DNA from: Candidatus Collierbacteria bacterium RIFOXYD2_FULL_45_13
GTDB taxonomy: Bacteria > Patescibacteriota > Microgenomatia > UBA1400 > MFAQ01
Length of the DNA: 64,000 nucleotides
Direction of reading: 5' to 3'
Assembly (NCBI GenBank): GCA_001774685.1
Contig: MFAS01000001.1
Span: 91,489-155,488 of the forward strand
Every line of letters starts with the position of its first letter. The stretch's first letter is position 1. The notes under the pieces were generated by a model. It had not been told where the DNA came from, did not search any database, and was given only the letters and a program-made list of their open reading frames with translations. Positions 20,045-29,268 of the stretch are shown here, one piece after another. A program made the position numbers and the translations under genes.

Positions 20045-20624
20045 TTACAAAAAAGGTCGGTGTGCCGGAAAGTTGTAGTGAGGCGGCCAAATCGGCGTCA
20101 ACTTGCACATTCTGAGCCACTTCATTAGAAGTCAATTTCTCTATAAATATATTTTCGTCCAACCCCAAACTCCTCGCATAATCCGCAAAACTATTTTCGG
20201 GTTTATTTACCACCGACCATTCCTCCTGTTTCTCATACAAAACCGCCACCATATCAAATCCCTTACCCATAATTCTTGCCGCTTCGGCCGCCTTAGCGGA
20301 AATCAAAGCATAACGATGTAATGAGGCTGGTAAAGGGAAAAGTCTTGTTACAACCTTCACCCCTGGCATATTAAACAGTTCTTTCGTTTGTATATCCGCC
20401 GCCTTACAAGAAGGACACTGCATATCCGAAAAGTTGACTACCGTTACCTTCGTTTCGCCGTTTTCTTTTACAAATCTTGCCCCATCAAGTAGTACTTTTT
20501 CATCTACCTTAAGTGAGTTTCCCGGTCCGGCCATTTTAGACAAACCCCAAATGACAATTATCAGTAGCACTGCACAGCCAAGTGTCACTTTTAGTATCAG
20601 TTTCCAGTCATTCATGGGTTTCAA
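19980..20624 (-). CDS. DsbA-family thiol:disulfide oxidoreductase (thioredoxin fold), membrane-anchored
   Basis: N-terminal TM. CxxC motif MQCPSCKAAD. Confidence 0.75.
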   Translation of the reverse strand: MKPMNDWKLILKVTLGCAVLLIIVIWGLSKMAGPGNSLKVDEKVLLDGARFVKENGETKVTVVNFSDMQCPSCKAADIQTKELFNMPGVKVVTRLFPLPASLHRYALISAKAAEAARIMGKGFDMVAVLYEKQEEWSVVNKPENSFADYARSLGLDENIFIEKLTSNEVAQNVQVDADLAASLQLSGTPTFFVNGEQVGAPFVVDKVKQLLETK

Positions 20625-21015
20625 ATATCTTTAGTAATCCTCGAAAGGCGAGTGTAGCACACTTCATTCTCCCGGCATTTACTTCTCCTCCAAGCATTTC
20701 AACTATTCCGTTTTCTCCAAAATCCTCAAGTTCTTTTTTACTCATTCCTACAATTTTTTCCGACAGCATACTGGCCGCCGCTGTCGAAATGGCACACCCC
20801 ACCCCTCTCCATTTCATCTCTTTTATCACTTCATCTTCATTGCGAACGGAGCGTGGCAATCCAGGTTCCTTCCTTGTCCCAATTTTCACCTGAATTTGTA
20901 TCATATCTCCACACGACGCATTCGACTCATCCATATTAATATCCGCATCATCCAATGAACCAAAGTTCCTTGGATTTTTATAGTGATCAATAATAATATC
21001 TTTGTAATCAGACAT
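20608..21015 (-). CDS. sufU: SUF system Fe-S cluster scaffold SufU (NifU/IscU-like)
   Basis: SCGDMIQIQ, GVGCAIS, RMKCATLA (three conserved Cys). Confidence 0.85.
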   Translation of the reverse strand: MSDYKDIIIDHYKNPRNFGSLDDADINMDESNASCGDMIQIQVKIGTRKEPGLPRSVRNEDEVIKEMKWRGVGCAISTAAASMLSEKIVGMSKKELEDFGENGIVEMLGGEVNAGRMKCATLAFRGLLKIFETHE

Positions 21016-21021
21016 AGTTCT

Positions 21022-22332
21022 TTAGGCAAATACCTTTGGTATTTCTCTTATTTTACTCACTAGATAATCAATTTCCTTCTTGGTGTTGTACACATAGAAT
21101 GTCGCTCTGACCATTGCCGGTACCCCAAAGCTCATTACCAGTGGAGCCGCGCAATGCTGGCCGGATCGCACAGCAATCCCAAAACTATCGAGTACTTGTG
21201 CCGCATCATGAGGATGAACCCCAATCACATTGAAAGCCAGTGCTCCACCTCTTTCTTCAATATCTCTAGGGCCATAGAGCTTTACCAAACCCTCTTCTTC
21301 CAGCTTAGACATTCTCTCGAGTGCATATTTAATTAGTTCTTTTTCGTGTTCGCGCACATTGTCCATTCCCAGATTTTCCAGATAATCTACCGCCGCTCCC
21401 AACCCAATTATCCCGGCAATGTCCGGCGTTCCCGCCTCAAACCTGCTGGGAATATCTGCCCACGTCGCTCCGGTTATTTTTACCTCCCCTATCATGTCTC
21501 CCCCGTATAAAAAGGGTCTCATTTTTGAAAGAATTTCTTTCCTTCCCCACAATACCCCTGTCCCGGTTGGCCCCAGCATTTTATGTCCGGAAAAAGCGAT
21601 AAAATCCGCTCCCAACGTCTTCACATCTACCTTCATATGAGGCACCATCTGTGAGGCATCCACCACCACCGTTGCATTTTGGGCCTTTCTTTTTATCGCT
21701 GTCAGCATTCCGGCAAGGTCAGGGATCGTTCCCAGCACATTAGAGACTCCGGTAACGGAAAAAAGTTTCACTTTCCCATCCGCTATCAGACTCTCCAAAC
21801 TTCCCAGTCTCACTCTCAATCCATTCTCAATAAAAACCTCACTTTGAGTTTTAGAGTTTTTGATTTTTTGATTTTTGACTATCAGCTTTCCCTCTCCATC
21901 GACATCAATAATTCTCAGCTCCGCTCCCGTCTCTCGGCAAAGTTCCTGCCAAGGTACCAGGTTTGAGTGATGTTCCAGTTTACTGATAAGTACTGCATCT
22001 TCTTTTTTTATATTATCCCTGCCCCACGAATACATGATCAGATTCAAACTCTCGCTGGCATTTCTGGTAAAAATGATTTCTTCGGGTCTGGCTCCAATAA
22101 AATTTGCCACTTTCTCCCTCGCTTCGTCTACCAACCCAGTTGATTCCACCGACAGTTCGTAAACCCCTCTATGAATATTCGCATTTGTATTCCGATAAAA
22201 GTCGTCCATCGCCTTGATAACGCTCTCCGGCTTTTGGCTCGTCGCCCCGCTATCTAGAAACACCAAGTCATGTCCATGAATTTTTCTCTTTAATATCGGG
22301 AAATCATTTCTGACTTTTTCTACATCAAACAT
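21022..22332 (-). CDS. sufS: Cysteine desulfurase SufS (class V aminotransferase)
   Basis: SGHKMLGPTGTGVLWG (PLP-Lys), RSGQHCAAP (catalytic Cys). Confidence 0.9.
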   Translation of the reverse strand: MFDVEKVRNDFPILKRKIHGHDLVFLDSGATSQKPESVIKAMDDFYRNTNANIHRGVYELSVESTGLVDEAREKVANFIGARPEEIIFTRNASESLNLIMYSWGRDNIKKEDAVLISKLEHHSNLVPWQELCRETGAELRIIDVDGEGKLIVKNQKIKNSKTQSEVFIENGLRVRLGSLESLIADGKVKLFSVTGVSNVLGTIPDLAGMLTAIKRKAQNATVVVDASQMVPHMKVDVKTLGADFIAFSGHKMLGPTGTGVLWGRKEILSKMRPFLYGGDMIGEVKITGATWADIPSRFEAGTPDIAGIIGLGAAVDYLENLGMDNVREHEKELIKYALERMSKLEEEGLVKLYGPRDIEERGGALAFNVIGVHPHDAAQVLDSFGIAVRSGQHCAAPLVMSFGVPAMVRATFYVYNTKKEIDYLVSKIREIPKVFA

Positions 22333-22349
22333 AGGTATATTGTAATGCG

Positions 22350-22970
22350 TTACTGTGTCACCGTGTCACTTTTGTTAATAGCATTGTCCTCCTTCACCTC
22401 TCCCTCGTGATACTGTGTCACCGTGTCACTTTTGTTAATAATGTTTTTATCTTCCATTTTCACACCATCTCCCCCGTGATACGGTGACACGGTGGCGCTT
22501 TTGTTTACTATGTCTTTTAAGTAGTTTTCAGAATCTTGTTTTTCTTGGAATTTTGGATCGGCCACCCTCTGTCCACCATAACTTTTTGTTTTATATCCTG
22601 CAATAAATTTCGCAATCAGCCTGGATTCATAATCAGCCAAATCCTGAACTTTCTTAAAGTCTCCTTCAGATATTAATTCCTGATCGTAAGCTACGTATAG
22701 TTGGGCTCGCACCTCACCGGCCGAACCTCTGGCAATATACAAAAAATACAAGAATTCGTCTTTTGTTCCTCTTTCAAACCCCTCAGAAATATTGCTAAGC
22801 ACTGAAACCGCGGCTCTTCGTATCTGGTCTTGTAAACTTCTATCCTTCCATTCGCTAGAAACTCTATATACCTCTTTCGTTAACTCTCTTGCTTTCTGCC
22901 AGATAAACAAATCTTCGAACTTTGATATTTTTCTGTTTTCGTTTATCATTTTATTTGTTGTATTTTTCAC
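22350..22970 (-). CDS. Four-helix-bundle protein (TIGR02436, 23S rRNA intervening-sequence protein family) with a repetitive C-terminal tail ending KSDTVTQ
   Basis: N-terminal ~120 aa: FIWQKARELTKEVYRVS...SNISEGFERGTKDEFLYFLYIARGSAGEVRAQL. C-terminal NKS[AD]TV..YH.G repeats encoded by a ~60-bp DNA repeat that contains GTGTCACCGTGTCAC. Confidence 0.65.
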   Translation of the reverse strand: MKNTTNKMINENRKISKFEDLFIWQKARELTKEVYRVSSEWKDRSLQDQIRRAAVSVLSNISEGFERGTKDEFLYFLYIARGSAGEVRAQLYVAYDQELISEGDFKKVQDLADYESRLIAKFIAGYKTKSYGGQRVADPKFQEKQDSENYLKDIVNKSATVSPYHGGDGVKMEDKNIINKSDTVTQYHEGEVKEDNAINKSDTVTQ

Positions 22971-22990
22971 TCACGCACATTCATCCCCAT

Positions 22991-23052
22991 GTCACGGTGT
23001 CACTGTGTCACTGTGTCACTGTGTCACTGTGTCACTGTGTCACTGTGTCACT
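22991..23052. repeat. Tandem 8-bp microsatellite (GTGTCACT) x ~7.5
   Basis: tgtcacggtgtcactgtgtcactgtgtcact... seen directly. Overlaps the last 7 codons of the SGNH gene and fills the gap to the next gene. Confidence 0.9.
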
Positions 23053-23757
23053 TAAAAAATATTTTCTCAAACCTGCAAGCTTCATTGTTCCAAATTCACC
23101 ATAGTCTAAAAGGTCAACTCCAAACACCTCCATGGCCAACTTCTCCGCGATTATCTGATTCCCAATCAAATTACAGTGCAAGAAATCAATGTCCCCAGGC
23201 TTCATTGTCCATTCTTTATTTTCCCAAAGATGTTTATAATCAAAAATCTTGCTTAGATCATATTTTTCATATTCCTCAAAAACATCCACGAATTTAACCT
23301 CCAACTCATCTGCAACTTTCTTGTAGATATCTCTTATTTGTTCTAACTTTGGGTTCAGGTCATTTTTTATCGTTTTGTACGTCGACCACAAAACCACGTT
23401 TGACCCAATAGACTTTATTTTCAAAACTAACTCCCTAAGCATTCCTTCCACATCCCCCACCAGCTCAAGATGATTAAAACCCAAAGAAATAACGACAGTA
23501 TCTGGGTTAAATCTTCCTACAAGAAACTCAAAATTTTCCATAAAAAAGGGAATTGTTCCTCCATCCATACCTGAGTTGATCATTTTTGTTTTCCAGCCGT
23601 TTTCTGTCGTTTGCCTCAAACTAAAGTCCAACCAATCAAACCAGTTTGGGTGACACCATTCTTGGCTTGTTGTGCTATCACCCACACAAACAATTGTTTT
23701 GAAGCCTGTGTTATTTTTTGGATTTGCTTGTAATTCCATTATCTTATTATCTTTCAT
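23032..23757 (-). CDS. SGNH/GDSL-family hydrolase; C-terminus ...FLSDTVTQ
   Basis: VCVGDSTT (GDS block I), DFLHCN (DxxH block V). Its ATG overlaps the upstream TGA (ATGA). Confidence 0.7.
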   Translation of the reverse strand: MKDNKIMELQANPKNNTGFKTIVCVGDSTTSQEWCHPNWFDWLDFSLRQTTENGWKTKMINSGMDGGTIPFFMENFEFLVGRFNPDTVVISLGFNHLELVGDVEGMLRELVLKIKSIGSNVVLWSTYKTIKNDLNPKLEQIRDIYKKVADELEVKFVDVFEEYEKYDLSKIFDYKHLWENKEWTMKPGDIDFLHCNLIGNQIIAEKLAMEVFGVDLLDYGEFGTMKLAGLRKYFLSDTVTQ

Positions 23758-24245
23758 TCTTGTGTCACCGTGTCACTTTTTTCTAATTCGAGTTTCCTTT
23801 TCAGTTCCTCCACATGTTCTTTACTCCAATGGTCTATGTCCTGAAGCAAAAACTTTCTGGCCGTCAAACCATATCCCTTCCATATTGGTTTATCCCACAA
23901 ATTTTCCGGCAGTGTATTGTAGATTTCCGTCAGTCTATTCCCCGCCCTCACTAATTCACCATATACTTCCTCCCAGGTATTATTTTTTCTTGCCTCTATC
24001 CCTTTTCTGTTAAACTCCTCCGTACTGGGTTCCCAATAAGGTTCAACTCCCTTTTTTAATTTTTCCAAACAATCAATATCGTGGACCATCCAGTTCGACA
24101 AATGAGCTGTCACGTCTTTCAGTGACCACTTGTCGAAAATGATTTTCGTTCTGCTTTCCTCAGGAAAATCTCCAACCAACCGGGTAATTTCTTCTTTAAC
24201 TTTCTCAAATTCCCCCAATAGTTTTTTTATTTCCGGCTCTGCCAT
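23754..24245 (-). CDS. ClbS/DfsB (DUF1706)-like four-helix-bundle protein; C-terminus ...KSDTVTQE
   Basis: DKWSLKDVTAHLSNWMVHD resembles the DUF1706 WS.KD..AHL..W signature. Confidence 0.5.
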   Translation of the reverse strand: MAEPEIKKLLGEFEKVKEEITRLVGDFPEESRTKIIFDKWSLKDVTAHLSNWMVHDIDCLEKLKKGVEPYWEPSTEEFNRKGIEARKNNTWEEVYGELVRAGNRLTEIYNTLPENLWDKPIWKGYGLTARKFLLQDIDHWSKEHVEELKRKLELEKSDTVTQE

Positions 24246-24261
24246 ATTCGTATTTTATCTT

Positions 24262-24741
24262 TTATTCTTCGGTTACCTCTTTCAGGAACCCTTCAACTAT
24301 TATTTTCTTGGCGTCCGGTTCGTCTATGCCTCGGCTTGATAGATAAAAGAGCTGATCCTCATCTATTTTACCGACAGTCGCAGCGTGGGATGCCCTCACG
24401 TCATTATTTTCTATTTCCAGTTTTGGTTCGGCCACCGCACTGCTTTGCTTATCCAACAACAACAATCTCATCTCTAAGAAGCTGTCCGTCTTTCTGGCGT
24501 CCTTTCCAATCTTCACCATCCCGTCTACGGTGACACGTGCGCCATTAGCCGCCACCCCTTTAATCACTACTCTCCCAAATGTATTTGGCACTCTATGGTC
24601 TGCCACCACTCTGACTTTATAGTCTCCCGGTTCCGTGGCAGATATAACCCCCAGAACTTCTTTTTCTTCAAACGAAGTCAAAAAGGGGACTACCAAATCA
24701 ATCTCTCCGGGTTTGTCCAATTTAAATCTCTGTGTGATCAT
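24262..24741 (-). CDS. sufD: Fe-S cluster assembly protein SufD, short form (SufBD C-terminal domain only)
   Basis: RASHAATVGKIDEDQLFYLSSRGIDE (the conserved SufBD C-terminal motif). Confidence 0.7.
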   Translation of the reverse strand: MITQRFKLDKPGEIDLVVPFLTSFEEKEVLGVISATEPGDYKVRVVADHRVPNTFGRVVIKGVAANGARVTVDGMVKIGKDARKTDSFLEMRLLLLDKQSSAVAEPKLEIENNDVRASHAATVGKIDEDQLFYLSSRGIDEPDAKKIIVEGFLKEVTEE

Positions 24742-24803
24742 ATTTTATTTATTTTTTGTTTTTGTCTTGAGTTCTAGAGTTCTTGATTTCTTGAGTTTTT
24801 TCT

Positions 24804-26216
24804 TTACCCCACCGATCCCTCCATTTCTAGTCCTACAAGTCTATTCATCTCCACTGCATACTCCAAGGGAATTTCTTTCACCACCGGCTCCATAAATCCA
24901 TTAACGATCATTGTGCTTGCTTCTTCTGCACCGATCCCCCTACTCATTAGATATAGCAACTGTTCTTCTCCAATCCGGCTGACAGTCGCCTCGTGCTCCA
25001 ACACCACGTCATTTTCCTGAATTTTATTCACCGGATAGGTGTCGGAACGGCTTTTTTCGTCAAGTATTAGCGCGTCACAAACCACCTTAGATCGTGCTCC
25101 CCAAGCGCCAGGCACCATATGTACCATCCCTCTATACGTAGCCCGCCCGCCATTTTTGCTGATCGATTTGCTTATAATTTGCGACGTTGTCTCGGGTGCC
25201 AGATGAATCATCTTCGCACCGGTGTCCTGATGCTGTCCTTCACCGGCCCAGGCAATCGAGAGCACTTCACCATGGGCTTTTCTTCCGGCCAAGATACAAG
25301 AAGGATACTTCATGGTCAGGTGTGAACCAAGGTTCCCATCCACCCAACGCATCTCAGCATTCTCCATCACTCTCGCTCTTTTAGTCACTAGGTTATAAAC
25401 ATTCTTAAACCAGTTCTGTACTGTAGAGTACTGGACCTTCGCGTTTTTCTTCACATATATCTCAACTACTGCGGCATGAAGTGAAGCAGACGAAAATGAC
25501 GGGGCAGAACAACCTTCAATATAGTGCATCTTACTGCCTTCCTCGGCGATGATCAGAGTTCTCTCAAACTGTCCGGCTCTTTCGGTATTGATTCTGAAAT
25601 ATGCCTGCAAGGGGAGCCCTACATCTACATTTTTAGGCACATATACAAAGGATCCTCCGCTCCACACCGCCGTATTTAATGCCGCCAGTTTGTTGTCACC
25701 CATGGGAATTACTTTTCCAAAGTGTTCTTTCACAATCTCCGGATACTCCCTAAGACCTTCGTCCATCGAGAGGAAGATCACTCCTTTTTCGGACAAGGCT
25801 TTCTTGAGGGACCCATAAACGACTTCAGAATCATACTGGCTTTTCACCCCCGCCAACAGTTCCCGCTCGGCTTCCGGCACGCCAATTTTCTCAAACGTAT
25901 TCTTAATAGCCTCCGGTACGTCCGCCCAAGTCTTCGCCTCCTGATTCTTTGGTTTTATATAGTAGCGGATATCATCAAAATCAATAGGGGAGAGATCGCC
26001 ACCCCATGTCGGCATTTTCATCTCCAGATATTTCTTATACGCTTTCAGCCGGATCTCCAGCATCCATTCAGGTTCATTTTTCAAAGAGGAAATCTTCCGC
26101 ACCAGACCCTCGGTCAACCCCTTTTCCGCCGTAAATGAATACTCTACATCATCGGTATGCCCTAACGGATAAAGTTTATCCTCCGGAAGTGTCTGGTTAT
26201 CGGTCTTTTTACTCAT
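24804..26216 (-). CDS. sufB: Fe-S cluster assembly protein SufB
   Basis: 470 aa. ...[22 protein letters not shown]..., SufB-typical. 8-nt overlap with sufC. Confidence 0.9.
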   Translation of the reverse strand: MSKKTDNQTLPEDKLYPLGHTDDVEYSFTAEKGLTEGLVRKISSLKNEPEWMLEIRLKAYKKYLEMKMPTWGGDLSPIDFDDIRYYIKPKNQEAKTWADVPEAIKNTFEKIGVPEAERELLAGVKSQYDSEVVYGSLKKALSEKGVIFLSMDEGLREYPEIVKEHFGKVIPMGDNKLAALNTAVWSGGSFVYVPKNVDVGLPLQAYFRINTERAGQFERTLIIAEEGSKMHYIEGCSAPSFSSASLHAAVVEIYVKKNAKVQYSTVQNWFKNVYNLVTKRARVMENAEMRWVDGNLGSHLTMKYPSCILAGRKAHGEVLSIAWAGEGQHQDTGAKMIHLAPETTSQIISKSISKNGGRATYRGMVHMVPGAWGARSKVVCDALILDEKSRSDTYPVNKIQENDVVLEHEATVSRIGEEQLLYLMSRGIGAEEASTMIVNGFMEPVVKEIPLEYAVEMNRLVGLEMEGSVG

Positions 26217-26943
26217 ATGACTTATAGCCTTGTGCTTCTAACTTATCCACAATTTCCTTTCCTCCCCTGTCCACCACCTCTCCGTTTTTCATTACCACCA
26301 CTCTATCCGGTACTAAATATTTAAGCAGTCGCTGATAATGGGTAATTACCAGAACACTCATTCCGGCTTTCACCATTTCAACCACGTTTTTGGCGATGAG
26401 TGCCAGGGCGTCGATATCCAGACCTGAGTCCACTTCATCCAAGATCAAGAGTTTCGGTTTCAATATTCTCATCTGCAGTATTTCCAACTTCTTTTTTTCT
26501 CCACCACTAAAGCCTTCATTAATACTTCTGGTCAGCAAATGCTCATCTATATGTAGTCTCTCCCCTTCTTCCGCAATTTGTTTTTTTAGATCGAGCGCAC
26601 TCACGGTCAGCCCCCTGCCTCGGAGTGAAGCCCAGAGCATCTCTCTTACGGTTACGCCGGAAATCGCCACCGGGTACTGGAACGACATCATTATCCCTAG
26701 CCTTGCCCGAGCGTCAGGTTTCAGCTCAAGCAGGCATATTCCTTCAAAACTTAGTTCCTCCGCCTCAGCCTCGTATTTGGTGTTCCCAATTAAGGTATTG
26801 GCTAAGCTGGATTTCCCCGATCCGTTGGGGCCCATCAGAGCTACCACCTCACCCTTTTTAACCTCTAGGTCGACCCCTTTTAGAATCTCTTTGCCTTCTA
26901 TTTTCACCTTCAAATTCCTTATTTTAAGCATCTTGTTCGTCAA
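26209..26943 (-). CDS. sufC: Fe-S cluster assembly ATPase SufC (ABC ATPase)
   Basis: Walker [10 protein letters not shown], signature FSGGEKK, Walker B LLILDE. Confidence 0.9.
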   Translation of the reverse strand: MTNKMLKIRNLKVKIEGKEILKGVDLEVKKGEVVALMGPNGSGKSSLANTLIGNTKYEAEAEELSFEGICLLELKPDARARLGIMMSFQYPVAISGVTVREMLWASLRGRGLTVSALDLKKQIAEEGERLHIDEHLLTRSINEGFSGGEKKKLEILQMRILKPKLLILDEVDSGLDIDALALIAKNVVEMVKAGMSVLVITHYQRLLKYLVPDRVVVMKNGEVVDRGGKEIVDKLEAQGYKSYE

Positions 26944-26952
26944 CGTTAATTA

Positions 26953-27339
26953 TTATCTTATTAAATCCTCCAGCGTATATTCCGCCAGCATATCCTCAAT
27001 CCGGAATGTAAGCCTGTCCATAAAACTTTGCTGGCCGCAGCTTCCATCTACAGGGCAGCTCTCACAAGCTACCGGGGCCACCTCACCCTCTATAGCCTCT
27101 AGAGCTTCTTTTACCAGTATCTCTTTTGGTTCGTAATTCAGGCTAAACCCTCCCCCCCTTCCCTCTTTCGAGTTTAAGATCCCCGCTTCGACCAGGGAAA
27201 CGGCAATTTTGGCCATAAAAGCCCTAGGCAAGCCTAACTCACTCAAATATTTAAGTGAAACCCGGCCTCCCCGGCCACGCTTGGCCAGCACAGACAAGAG
27301 CGCCATTCCGTAATCAGCCTTTTTTGTGAGTGTAAACAT
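26953..27339 (-). CDS. Rrf2-family transcriptional regulator (IscR/SufR-like) with a Cys cluster
   Basis: HTH SLKYLSELGLPRAFMAKIAVSL. Cys ligands CESCPVDGSC. Directly upstream of sufCBD. Confidence 0.8.
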   Translation of the reverse strand: MFTLTKKADYGMALLSVLAKRGRGGRVSLKYLSELGLPRAFMAKIAVSLVEAGILNSKEGRGGGFSLNYEPKEILVKEALEAIEGEVAPVACESCPVDGSCGQQSFMDRLTFRIEDMLAEYTLEDLIR

Positions 27340-27386
27340 ATACTTGGACTATTATACTCCAAGTATCTTTAACTCGTCAAGTTGTC

Positions 27387-28019
27387 TCATAACTGTATTT
27401 TCTCGACCAGCTTACACTTTCCCGGATCCAACGTCCTGCTGGAATTCAAGTAGATATCAATATCTTTTGCCTCAAATTCCCCAAATTGATAATTACGCAT
27501 ATTCCACAATGTCTCAAAGAACTTTTCTCCTGGAATCTCCTTAAACCGGATGAAGTTCAGCCAGGCTAATCGCTCGTAAATGGAGAGATATTTTGTATAG
27601 TCATCCCCTTTAATCCTCAGATCCCCCCTGATTTCGTTCCTCAATTTTCCTAAATTGAACTCCGGTTCCGCCACTATTGATACTCCCAACTCATTACATG
27701 CCAGATACCCTATCTTAAAAACAAGTCTCTTACCGGAAGCTTTGTTTTTTACCACCTCAGCTATTTCTCTTGGATCCGTTGCCTTATCTATTCTTCCTAA
27801 AATAGTCATGTGCAATCTCTCAAACGGATATACATATAAACTGTTCTCTGATTCTTCAAACTCATGTACCAGTTTTTTATACTCTCTTTTCCAATCCGGC
27901 AGATTGAGCACAATATTGATGGTGTAATTCTCATCCAAATAATCATCCAAAAGATTAATGGAATCTCGGTTCAATGCTCTGATTTGATCATCGATCTGTT
28001 CTTTTTCTTCAACCAGCAT
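27387..28019 (-). CDS. Hypothetical protein (possible 2H-phosphoesterase-like, a single HxT motif)
   Basis: LHMTILG only. No second HxT motif seen. Confidence 0.35.
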   Translation of the reverse strand: MLVEEKEQIDDQIRALNRDSINLLDDYLDENYTINIVLNLPDWKREYKKLVHEFEESENSLYVYPFERLHMTILGRIDKATDPREIAEVVKNKASGKRLVFKIGYLACNELGVSIVAEPEFNLGKLRNEIRGDLRIKGDDYTKYLSIYERLAWLNFIRFKEIPGEKFFETLWNMRNYQFGEFEAKDIDIYLNSSRTLDPGKCKLVEKIQL

Positions 28020-28039
28020 AGTTCAAATATATACTACCC

Positions 28040-28711
28040 CTAAAACAACCCCATCTGAGTTTCCATCGGCACCACGGCCTCGACTTCAACGGGATAAGAA
28101 AAATCTACAATTATTTCTCTTGGTTCATTCCATCGATCTTTGAACTTTAGCTTTTTATTTTTCAAACCAAAGTCATAGACACCTTTGGTCACCTCCACGT
28201 CCATCTCGCAATATTTTTTCAAATTTGCGAGGCTTTCAGGATCTCCTTTTGTCCACCACATCACCGCTTCGGCCCCTCCGGCAATTTTTCCTTGGCCAAG
28301 GGTTTCTTTTGCCACACTGTCCAGCTTTACCCTGTGTCCGAAAGATCTTCTAATTTCATCAAGCACATCGAAATGTTTCAGTTTAGTAAAATCTCCTTTT
28401 TTGTAAATCCCATTCATGGCCGGATTGTCAAACCCAAAAGAGTTGTATCCTATGATCCTGTCAGCCTCTTCAAACCAGTCCCACATCTCATCAAAAAACA
28501 AGCCACCTCCATCCAACTTAGGCGCCGCGTCAGGCGTCCAAAAACTTTTCATTTCCCCAGAAATTTCCCTTAAATTATTATCTAGTTCCCTCCTATACGC
28601 AGATACCACCGAGATCCCCAAATCTTCTGGGTTCTTCAGATCTGTGTCATTAAAGAAACTTTTCGTCTCGATATCGTAGATCACTTCCACTAGATTACCC
28701 TTTGGTTTCAT
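28040..28711 (-). CDS. DEDDy-type 3'-5' exonuclease (DnaQ-like superfamily)
   Basis: Exo I YDIET, Exo II IGYNSFGFD, Exo III YCEMD. Confidence 0.6.
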   Translation of the reverse strand: MKPKGNLVEVIYDIETKSFFNDTDLKNPEDLGISVVSAYRRELDNNLREISGEMKSFWTPDAAPKLDGGGLFFDEMWDWFEEADRIIGYNSFGFDNPAMNGIYKKGDFTKLKHFDVLDEIRRSFGHRVKLDSVAKETLGQGKIAGGAEAVMWWTKGDPESLANLKKYCEMDVEVTKGVYDFGLKNKKLKFKDRWNEPREIIVDFSYPVEVEAVVPMETQMGLF

Positions 28712-28758
28712 AGGTAAGATATTTAACCACTAAAAACACAAATATGAAATGTAAAATA

Positions 28759-29268
28759 CTAAATCTTTTTCTTCCCCTCCCAAAATAACATTTGATTCTT
28801 TAAAAACTTACCAAAAAAGAAAATGACTAACCCTGCTCCAATTATCGGCAAGTAATACTCCCAAACTCCAGCAGCCGGCAACTCTGTAGGTGTAGAGGTC
28901 GGCGTGGCTGTCGGAGTTGCAGCCGGAGTGGCATTAAAATTCAAATTAAATGTAATCGATTGGAGACCGGAAGAAATGACAATCGTGCTGATGCCCGGGT
29001 CCAACACTCCAGGCGTGAAACTCCAGTTTCCACTTGGACTGGCTGCCAAAGTCGCGTCTGTTGAGGTCTTAATCTTTATGTTTACTATAGAGGATGGTGA
29101 GGCTGTTCCTTCCATCACCGGAATTGCTCCGGTGTAGCTGATATTGGCATAATCAACTCCGACGGTAGACAGTACCCCAACCCTCGTCAAACTCAGATCT
29201 TGAGCAAACACCACGCCAATCGAAAAAAATAATACTATTCCCCAAAAAGCATAAAGTATTTTTTTCAT
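28759..29268 (-). CDS. Secreted or cell-surface protein with a Thr/Pro-rich linker and a C-terminal sorting-signal-like anchor
   Basis: Signal peptide MKKILYAFWGIVLFFSIGVVFA. ...ATPTATPTSTPTELPAAG + hydrophobic segment + KFLKNQ (LPxTG-like LPAAG). Confidence 0.5.
   Translation of the reverse strand: MKKILYAFWGIVLFFSIGVVFAQDLSLTRVGVLSTVGVDYANISYTGAIPVMEGTASPSSIVNIKIKTSTDATLAASPSGNWSFTPGVLDPGISTIVISSGLQSITFNLNFNATPAATPTATPTSTPTELPAAGVWEYYLPIIGAGLVIFFFGKFLKNQMLFWEGKKKI

Noticed and set aside
22991-23052. CRISPR array
   Set aside because: The units are 8 bp and contiguous with no spacers. This is a microsatellite, not a CRISPR.
22792-23297. Plus-strand ORFs reading through the GTGTCACT repeats (CHCVTVSL repeats)
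   Set aside because: These are translation artefacts of the tandem repeat on the non-coding strand. They are antisense to the real minus-strand genes.
26390-27136. Plus-strand 248-aa Ser-rich ORF antisense to sufC and the Rrf2 gene
   Set aside because: Low-complexity composition, and it is entirely antisense to two well-supported genes.
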